From the IMG/VR virus record IMGVR_UViG_3300027744_002036, positions 1-24,702 of that record: a stretch of DNA of 24,702 bases. The stretch is one strand, 5' to 3'. Source of the DNA: a virus (taxonomy: Duplodnaviria > Caudoviricetes). The notes beneath the pieces were generated by a model. That model saw only the letters and a program-made list of their open reading frames with translations. It ran no database searches and was not told where the DNA came from. Below, in pieces: positions 14,901 to 21,601 of the stretch (its first letter is position 1; each line of letters opens with the position of its first letter). The position numbers and the translations under genes were made by a program.

Positions 14901-17900
14901 TTGTTGGCTTACCTATTGAAGCAGTGTCAAAATTAAACGTTCTTGCCTCGGTTCCTGCTTTTCCTTTTTCTAAGAACAACCTGTCAATGGGGCCGCGTTT
15001 ATTCACTCTCGTTCTTCCGGAGGAAAGCGACGACCCAGCCTTGACCATTTCTGGAACTGCAGAAACCGCCGAAGAGTGGTCCTCGTAGCTCTGTTCCCTG
15101 AGTTCACCTATGGTCAGCAATGCTTCATCGTCTACAGGGATATCAATAGCTTCAGCCAATCGAACCATTCTGTCGTATATTTTGCGCCGCTTATCTGGGT
15201 CTAATTCTGTTCTGTACTCCTCGTAATCCTTGTGTATTTTATCTTTTTCAACAGCCGACTGAGGGGTGTGAAACTGTAGTTCAAATCGTGTTCCATTTGG
15301 ATGAACGGCCGCAATGTTGATTCCCTGATAAGGGTCTCCGCTTTTCCAGTAATTTTTAACAGTGAGCTGGTATCCGGCGGCTTGCAAATCGTCTATTGTG
15401 GCTCTTGCCCCAGCAACATAATTTTCTGGAGTAAATGTTGTCGTGTACCTGATTACATCTGACATTTCCTCAGCGGCTTGCTGTGCGGTCCTATCACCGC
15501 GCTCACGATTTATTTTGCCGGCCATTGCTTTAACTGATTTAAATCTGTATGCAAGACCAATCATGATTCCGCCGTGCTTATCAGAGGCGTCTATGAGTGT
15601 TGAAGTAATTTCCTTTTCAATGTCGACTAGTTTTTCACGCTGAGTAGCGGCTGCGGAAATCTCTTCGTCCGTCGGCATCACGCCCGAGTCCCCTGGTTTT
15701 GGATATGGATTTTTTGGTTCCACCAAGTCGTAGCCCTTGTAGTTTTTCTTATCAGGACTTCCATCTTTCCATGGCTCTTCGACTTTACGTAAATCGATAA
15801 CTCTTGCCTGTATTTTGTTATTATCGAGAGCCCTATTCATGGCAACTCTATTGTGACCATCCGAAATGTACATGTTTCCATCAACGTCAATTATTAGATT
15901 TGGATGGTAGCCCTCTCTGAATGCTTCCCTTCCTTCTACAACCTTGTCTATTGACTCACCCTTTAGGTGGGACTCTGTTGGGCGTATGTCTATCGATGAC
16001 AAATCAACTTCGGTTAGTGGGACATCGTCCCATCCATCCCATTTCTTTGATGCCTCAACGGATTCAATTTCTGAATATGCTGGTTTCCATTCCATTCCGT
16101 ATTGAGAAACCGACCTGTCTCTGTTGTCTTTCAACCCAGGGGAACGCGGTTCTACTTTAATTTTTTTGAAAGTCATGTCGTCTACCTTTATGGGGTAGAT
16201 ATTCTTGTCTTTAATTTCTTGTCCAAGTTGCTTGATGTTTGTTTGCATATCTACAAGGAGTTCGTCAAATTCTTCTTTTGACATTGAAGTGGTCGTGCCG
16301 TCTTTGTATGGAAACGGGTCCTTGCCGACAGTTTTTCCTTTTATGCCCATTTTTTCTTGAAATATTTTTGTCAACAAAAGAGATTCAAAAATGGAAGTTT
16401 GAAGTTCATCGACCTGAACTTCGATTCTATTGTGCCCTTCGGGGAGGTTGTCGTTAAGCATTTTGATTGCCGCCCACCTATGGTGTCCATCTACAATTTG
16501 ACTATCACGAGATGTGAGGATTGCACCCTGGAACCAAGCATTATCCAGGAATTCCTTGCGGACTTTTTCAAACTCTGGACTTCCAACCACTAAATCATTG
16601 CCATCCTTGTCGACAAAGCGTTTGATTTTGGGCTCTTTGTCCTTTTTGGACGTATACAGATAATCATGCAACATTCCCTCCATCGAACTGTCCACTTGGA
16701 AGTTTTTCAATTCTTTCTGGGTGGAGTAAAGTTCATCCGGGTCTTTAGAGCCCCTCACGATACCTTCTTCTCCAAGAACGCTTTTGAGGTAAGTCATCAT
16801 CGCTGGGGTCGTTTCGGCTTCAACCCTGCTCCATTCTGTATTGCTAAATGCCCATTGCTTGTCTTCCTCGGATACGTCAGCAAATGTCTTTGGTTTTTTG
16901 AGAAGATTAGTTATGGCTTCATATCTCTTTTTATCATCATCCGAAAGTCCTGGTTTGGAAACGTATTTACCCTCGATTAAGCCAGACCTCACGGCCCTCA
17001 TGGCTGGAGAATTTGCATCCTTTGTAGGCCCTTGACTCTGTGGCATGTTTGCACGCACCACACCTATGTTTTTGCTGCACATAACATTCTTTGATTTTTC
17101 GTAAAGACGACACATATCAATATCGTGGTTTTCCATGTAATTTTTGACATATTTATCTACTTCAGCATCAGATAGATTCAATGCACCCGCCTCGGCCGCT
17201 GCAATTTTTTTTAGCTCCCCCTCTGTTTGGAATGCAGAGTTTTTAACCATTTTTCTCGTTTTGTCGTCGTGTACCTCGACCTCATACCCAAGGGCCAATA
17301 GGGCGACTGCTTGTTCGGCTGAATCAGTTTTATATATCGGATTATCTGAAATAATACTTTTTTGTTTAGACCGAGTTAAACCATGGTCTCTTAGTAGAGC
17401 ATCATCGGCGAGTTTGTCCAGCTTCCCGCCCCCAAGGTTTGCGTCTTTAAGTTCGTTAAATATCAACGCAGCTTCCGATGCTGTCTTTTTTTGATTTTCT
17501 TCGGTCAGCGCTTCTCTTATCTGACGTCTCTTTTCTCGGTTCCTCATAGTCGAAAGAGCATTTGAAATTTTCACAATTGTGGGTTTTTTTTCTACGCCGG
17601 AAGCTAGTTCATCCAACTCCTGCTCTCGCATTCGAGCGCGCGGGCGTTTGTCAAAACCTGCGTGCATTTCGACTGCTGCATCTTCTACCATTTTGATTAT
17701 TTCAGCTGGGTCTTTCTCTGAAATGATTTTCTTAACCTGTGGGTCCATGTCGATTTGTTCGATATCATTATTTGCGCCAGAGGATAGGGTTTTCTTGATG
17801 TCGGAAATGTTCTTAGTGCTTCTCGTAAGTCTTTCGGCCTTTCTTCCTTCTCTGTTGGTCAGGGGGCCCAAAGCATCTGGTTCGGATGGAATGGCATTAA

Positions 17901-20900
17901 TAACTTCGTCAATGTAGTCATCAGACGGCGGCTCGCCAAAATTTCCACCAGAAGCCAGTATCTCTCGTTTGGCCAATATGCTTCTCTCCTCTGACTCAAC
18001 AGATTTGATAGGCCTATTTGACCTTAGTGGGGCACCATCGCGACGTTTGATGAGGTATTCATTTGAAATCTTCTCTATCCGTTTGTGGGTAGACGAACTC
18101 CATGGTTTTCCGTCGGGTCCATCTTTGGTGAGAGACGAAAGGACATCCTCTGTATTTTTTTGTTCAATAATCTGAACAATTATTGTTCCGTCTTCTTTCC
18201 TACCGACGACCCTCATTTTGCCTGGAGGCATGATTAGTTTTTGGTCTCGTTTATCGTCTGCATCAACATCCATGGACCAATGGGGGAACATTCCCCTATC
18301 TGTCTCTGTGGCCTGAATGATTACTCGATGTTTCTTCTTGCCGTCTACAACCTCGGAATCACTCAGTATTCCAAGACCTGGTTGTTTTTTCGTAACGACT
18401 CGACCACTGACAAAGCCTTCGTGAGCAATATCGTTCTCTAGTATCTGTCCGGTTTCCAAATCTACGTCTATGTCGATGATTGCTTCTACTTCAATATTTG
18501 CGCCTATTAAGGAATCATCCATAACTTCCATTGACGGAATTATGATATTTTCAATTTGTTCATCAATCGAGCCACTCTCTCTTGATGTCGGGTCTATTGG
18601 TAGACCAAGCTTTTTGAGGCGTTCGTTTCTTTTGGTGATGGCATCAGCAGACATTGCCTGTTTACCCGGGTCAAGCAATTGCCCAGCGGATGAAAATTCG
18701 GTATCCGACAACATTTGAACTGCATCTATTTGTCGTTGAGTCTTTCCTTTTAGAAGTTCTCCTCTTTGTGAGCTTCCAAAATCGACTGCGCTGTTGTTGT
18801 TATTGAAGGACTTTGGGTCTTTTACGACTGCGGTTTTTGTCGGCCTGAGCAGTTCGTCTATGTTTTTTTCTAACTCTCTTCTCTGTGCCGGCCATCCACG
18901 GGTATCGCCAGATTCGGCAAGAAGGTTCTTGTACCTATCTCTAAATACTTTGCTTTCATCTTTCAGTAATGCTCTGTCTGCATCGACGATACCCTTTTGT
19001 CTCATCTTTAATTCGTAGTCGACCATTTGGCGAACCAGGTCGGTAGGACTCATTGAGTCCGCTTTTTCCTTAAGGGATTGCAGCTTTAACGCTTTGCGTC
19101 TTTCTTCCATAGCGGCAGGTGAAAGAGTTGATTCTGAGAATCTCATGGCATCTACTTTTTCTTGAAGTTTTTTACTCTCTCCAGGAACGCCAACACCGTA
19201 TTTTTTCTTCCATGCAGATTCAAAAGCTTTTTTCTGTGCAATTTTAAAATCACGTTCATTAGCAACGTCGGTGATGTCTATCCCGTCCTTGGTCATTCTC
19301 TCAATTCTGGAATCAAGAACGTCAATATCACCTTCAATATTCGCCATCTGCGAGACAATGTCTTTCTCTGAATAGCCAGAAGCACTCTTCTTTATCTGTT
19401 TTATATATTCTCTCTGAGCAATAACGTCTCTCGCTCTTAGGTCATCAAAGGATTCACTTGGTATCCCCACATCCGAACCTGGATTTATATAGTACGAATC
19501 CTGTACAATTTTCATTGTTTCGATATCTGAGCGGATTCGTCTATCAGTATGTCGACCGTCGGCAATATCATCCATCCACTCAAGGGCGGCGTCAACGTCG
19601 TCGCCATAGATAATCCCAAGGTCCCTAAGCGCGTGGAGCTCTGCGGTGAGTTCCAGAACCCAGATGTCTTTTTCGTACATGTTCGGGTATGAGCCGGCGA
19701 GGAATTTAACGTTTTCAAGTCTTGACATTACGGCCCCAAGTGCTTCGGTATCAACACCATCCCCGACTGAAGCGAGTATGTCAAATACGTCCTGACTTGT
19801 AAGGTCCTTTATGTCTGTGATTTTTCTAATTTTTCCGTCTTTTCCTTTAGCTTCAACAAATCCATTTAGTGCCAAACTTTCGCGAATCTTTTTTTGAAAT
19901 GCGGCAATTTGTATTGTGTGGGCAATTTCGTGTTTCATGATGTGTCGTGCATAGGCTCTAGGTTCAACCATTGCTGCAAGCTGTTTTGAATGACCGTTCG
20001 CCGTAACTAAAAAATCAGAAAGTTGAGAAGCGGCTTCTGCGTCGGTGGCTGCACCAACGACATCTATTCTTAATCTTTCATCAGGCTGCAATTCGGGGAT
20101 TAGCGCTTCTTGTCTTTCCATTATTCCGAATGGGTCCAAATTAATCTGTGAACCCATCCAGTCAGAACCCTCCATGGACAATGGCTGAGCGCTCGCTTCG
20201 TCGTCGCCGACATTTACGAAATCAATAATTGCGATGTCCCTCATATGCTCTGGATTCATTACGAATGATTCCAGAGCTGCCTCCAATAGGGCTCTTTCGT
20301 TTTCGTAGTAGCGAGCAATATCTTTGTTTCTTAGGGAATCCTGCACAGACGGTTCAAGTTCGGAGAACCCAGGAAAACCTTTAATCAGTCTCCCGTTTAT
20401 CTCGGCAAGGACCTCTGAGTGTGTTGGTCTGTTCTTTACGTTGATTTCCCACATGTTTTTTTGCCTGAGAACATCAAATGCGGAAATTATGTCAGCGTTA
20501 TGTTGGGAATTATCTGGATTTCTAGTTATTCCAAGCAAATCCATAAGCCCAGATACCCTGGTGTCTTGAAGTTGTAGTCTCTCCTGGGCTCTCCTCATTC
20601 CGCCAACGAACCAACGAGATTCTTCGGTTAGGGGGACTTCGCTCCATTCGGGAATATCTCCTGGTGCTATTTCCCCATCTACGCCCCTGTAGTGGTCCCA
20701 GAACGTTCTTCCCTGACCGGTAAAACGCTTTAAAAACCTTTGCCCCAAGAAGTTGGAGCCTGTTGTTTGGTCTGCTTCTACGGCTCCAAGGAATGAACGC
20801 AGAAACCCTTCATTATTTTTAAACAGTTTATCCGTAAGCGCAAACTTGGATGCAAGTTCTTGAACTGCATTCACTAGATTCCCCGCTGTCAACCCAAAAC

Positions 20901-21585
20901 AGTTTGTACCCATGTGGTCGGTAAATTGGTTGGCTGCCGGCGTGCCCGGGGGGCATCTCATCTTTCCAAGCTCGTCAACGATTATTCCAGCGGCACCAGC
21001 AGCACGGGAAAGAAGATTTCCGCTCTGTCCAATTTTCTGGCCTGGTAGTTGCTTGGAGCTTTGACCGGCAACGGGATTCCCCATCGTGTCAATTTCAACT
21101 TCTGATTCTGGTATGGCTTCTTGGGTTCTTGGGTTGACTTTGAATTTGCGAATTCTTATTCTGCCCTGAGGTTTTTTTGGTTTAACAACATTCGGGTCGT
21201 CAACCCACCCAAAATTAACAGTTTTCTTTAACGATGCCTTGCTATCCCGGGTTGGGAATAGTTGCAGTATTTTACCTTTTTCAAATTTTGCATCCTTTTT
21301 GTATCTATAGCCACCAGCAACCTCCGTTGTGCCAGGAGCTGCACCATTGTTAGTTCTTGTCTTTCCATCGGTGTCTTCATAGTTCTTTTTCTTTTCGCCA
21401 ATCGAGCCCGACATTGCTGCCGACTTGACCGATAGTTCGGCGTTGAGTCTTGGCGAACGAATAGATTCAATTACGGCTTTCTTAAAAGCCAGTGCTGCTT
21501 CATCAAAATCTTTCCTACCGGAAAGCGGTGATACGAACTGATGCGAGACCAGCACTCTTGTTTTGATGAACGGCTTACCCGTCAT
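11932..21585 (-). CDS. Giant polyvalent protein (3217 aa): zincin HExxH, degenerate VIP2-like ART, 2x ParB/Srx, RelA/SpoT-like synthetase, GNAT, unknown module, DUF3626-like
   Basis: Uninterrupted 9.65-kb ORF with GAGGGG RBS; HEIAH (19918-19932), DGHHRW (16474-16491), DGHNR (15847-15861), RFKS..DVIRY..YQGIN..ELQFHT (15265-15546), VDEEHRKSGLAQAL (~14515-14556), RPVSGY..FEAQILGG (~12388-12861). Confidence 0.88.
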   Translation of the reverse strand: MTGKPFIKTRVLVSHQFVSPLSGRKDFDEAALAFKKAVIESIRSPRLNAELSVKSAAMSGSIGEKKKNYEDTDGKTRTNNGAAPGTTEVAGGYRYKKDAKFEKGKILQLFPTRDSKASLKKTVNFGWVDDPNVVKPKKPQGRIRIRKFKVNPRTQEAIPESEVEIDTMGNPVAGQSSKQLPGQKIGQSGNLLSRAAGAAGIIVDELGKMRCPPGTPAANQFTDHMGTNCFGLTAGNLVNAVQELASKFALTDKLFKNNEGFLRSFLGAVEADQTTGSNFLGQRFLKRFTGQGRTFWDHYRGVDGEIAPGDIPEWSEVPLTEESRWFVGGMRRAQERLQLQDTRVSGLMDLLGITRNPDNSQHNADIISAFDVLRQKNMWEINVKNRPTHSEVLAEINGRLIKGFPGFSELEPSVQDSLRNKDIARYYENERALLEAALESFVMNPEHMRDIAIIDFVNVGDDEASAQPLSMEGSDWMGSQINLDPFGIMERQEALIPELQPDERLRIDVVGAATDAEAASQLSDFLVTANGHSKQLAAMVEPRAYARHIMKHEIAHTIQIAAFQKKIRESLALNGFVEAKGKDGKIRKITDIKDLTSQDVFDILASVGDGVDTEALGAVMSRLENVKFLAGSYPNMYEKDIWVLELTAELHALRDLGIIYGDDVDAALEWMDDIADGRHTDRRIRSDIETMKIVQDSYYINPGSDVGIPSESFDDLRARDVIAQREYIKQIKKSASGYSEKDIVSQMANIEGDIDVLDSRIERMTKDGIDITDVANERDFKIAQKKAFESAWKKKYGVGVPGESKKLQEKVDAMRFSESTLSPAAMEERRKALKLQSLKEKADSMSPTDLVRQMVDYELKMRQKGIVDADRALLKDESKVFRDRYKNLLAESGDTRGWPAQRRELEKNIDELLRPTKTAVVKDPKSFNNNNSAVDFGSSQRGELLKGKTQRQIDAVQMLSDTEFSSAGQLLDPGKQAMSADAITKRNERLKKLGLPIDPTSRESGSIDEQIENIIIPSMEVMDDSLIGANIEVEAIIDIDVDLETGQILENDIAHEGFVSGRVVTKKQPGLGILSDSEVVDGKKKHRVIIQATETDRGMFPHWSMDVDADDKRDQKLIMPPGKMRVVGRKEDGTIIVQIIEQKNTEDVLSSLTKDGPDGKPWSSSTHKRIEKISNEYLIKRRDGAPLRSNRPIKSVESEERSILAKREILASGGNFGEPPSDDYIDEVINAIPSEPDALGPLTNREGRKAERLTRSTKNISDIKKTLSSGANNDIEQIDMDPQVKKIISEKDPAEIIKMVEDAAVEMHAGFDKRPRARMREQELDELASGVEKKPTIVKISNALSTMRNREKRRQIREALTEENQKKTASEAALIFNELKDANLGGGKLDKLADDALLRDHGLTRSKQKSIISDNPIYKTDSAEQAVALLALGYEVEVHDDKTRKMVKNSAFQTEGELKKIAAAEAGALNLSDAEVDKYVKNYMENHDIDMCRLYEKSKNVMCSKNIGVVRANMPQSQGPTKDANSPAMRAVRSGLIEGKYVSKPGLSDDDKKRYEAITNLLKKPKTFADVSEEDKQWAFSNTEWSRVEAETTPAMMTYLKSVLGEEGIVRGSKDPDELYSTQKELKNFQVDSSMEGMLHDYLYTSKKDKEPKIKRFVDKDGNDLVVGSPEFEKVRKEFLDNAWFQGAILTSRDSQIVDGHHRWAAIKMLNDNLPEGHNRIEVQVDELQTSIFESLLLTKIFQEKMGIKGKTVGKDPFPYKDGTTTSMSKEEFDELLVDMQTNIKQLGQEIKDKNIYPIKVDDMTFKKIKVEPRSPGLKDNRDRSVSQYGMEWKPAYSEIESVEASKKWDGWDDVPLTEVDLSSIDIRPTESHLKGESIDKVVEGREAFREGYHPNLIIDVDGNMYISDGHNRVAMNRALDNNKIQARVIDLRKVEEPWKDGSPDKKNYKGYDLVEPKNPYPKPGDSGVMPTDEEISAAATQREKLVDIEKEITSTLIDASDKHGGIMIGLAYRFKSVKAMAGKINRERGDRTAQQAAEEMSDVIRYTTTFTPENYVAGARATIDDLQAAGYQLTVKNYWKSGDPYQGINIAAVHPNGTRFELQFHTPQSAVEKDKIHKDYEEYRTELDPDKRRKIYDRMVRLAEAIDIPVDDEALLTIGELREQSYEDHSSAVSAVPEMVKAGSSLSSGRTRVNKRGPIDRLFLEKGKAGTEARTFNFDTASIGKPTKIDKDEFFKIVGDVPGLHETDELISTEKLTSSRVENLNMYRASYKGKYGEKNRVFANYKAPDGRQYVIAQDEDRVEGRYYVFSGDKRLDESSSIAKLVLIMNDGKLNVHDLMSINVDEEHRKSGLAQALVEVAKADFPDSTFTTRRVVTDEGAQFARNVGRSQTGKTAPQKAGSSLSSGRSKGNLSPRSIERTTKIEERSTKAKERVTNLEKALDVLRKTGEWRGEEFGVIIANHDDFKGDAEKFDADIPPVNISKEEIEKRFGNVESLVNLAEEKLDLSKKEVVLAEHLAKTKKVRTEQNTIDIEDLTPEDFQILLDEYKQLKPEDYGDAAIHVGQAELDGGVLDPSRTVGGKDIGAVGGAGNTGALNEDQISKLKTKNDGLKGKLTSAESILKSFNDGEETYTPKDAMEAAYLNRLFGVNTTSLGAVGFEEGIEYDLTKMNSAAALSKINSELDLIKPQIKKNDETLGAIQGVGKFGFVSAYPASEGITTSGYFGRNAGSVIPKDIATYRTELEAKLRKRPQYDDVQDRTTFDRWMSSLRGSAYLVTDPSVISDDLGPSSMGEKQILGKVKPVFGVSAPVRGYNPLTSERVRQDEWGYVTSALMARAIRLEKEGKEVNIENVLAARRGEPLPSSQGLSSGADMAVGSRSIVRKGSAIENYRHEYQSRIGIHGETPESARPVSGYLVHKSHVDKKKNMVKQSGSGNHGSDAIFELEDSDVVGDGLTALGEIEVVLRPEVGSRTAYGIGESINTAHRPVMLTSNNRDDISDALTNTHGVESSQRNVDSMIHLLSAGIDKDFTKVGARRDGNGRMAPVGKMDPSTDRAHEPFEAQILGGFKKDDVEGIHYPFSRIQKLSEQEEVQDAIPEKTITAKLAKLGFTKEEIAYFYSMSNGQPLTGASVQRLKEYRAAKKIKKKYESQGIGYVKFAHPKGINIENPKTYDKLAKGNEDVEKIIIGQILSEMEVSMKTMLTKMRKNKANSMLGDPS
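14362..15042 (-). repeat. Direct repeat pair (30 nt, 27/30 identical) encoding KAGSSLSSGR and flanking the GNAT module
   Basis: 14362-14391 ccttccagaggaaagcgatgacccagcctt versus 15013-15042 tcttccggaggaaagcgacgacccagcctt; all three differences are synonymous. Confidence 0.9.
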
Positions 21586-21601
21586 GGCGGGTTACCCCTC
21601 T

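Noticed and set aside
14362-15042. Diversity-generating retroelement TR/VR pair or IS target-site duplication
   Set aside because: Only 30 nt long, differences are synonymous and not confined to adenines, and no reverse transcriptase or transposase is in the window.
11932-21585. Tape measure protein, virion RNA polymerase or intein-containing protein
   Set aside because: It lies upstream of the capsid gene, has discrete enzyme motifs rather than helical repeats or TMs, and shows no polymerase DxDGD motif or intein/LAGLIDADG signature that I could find.
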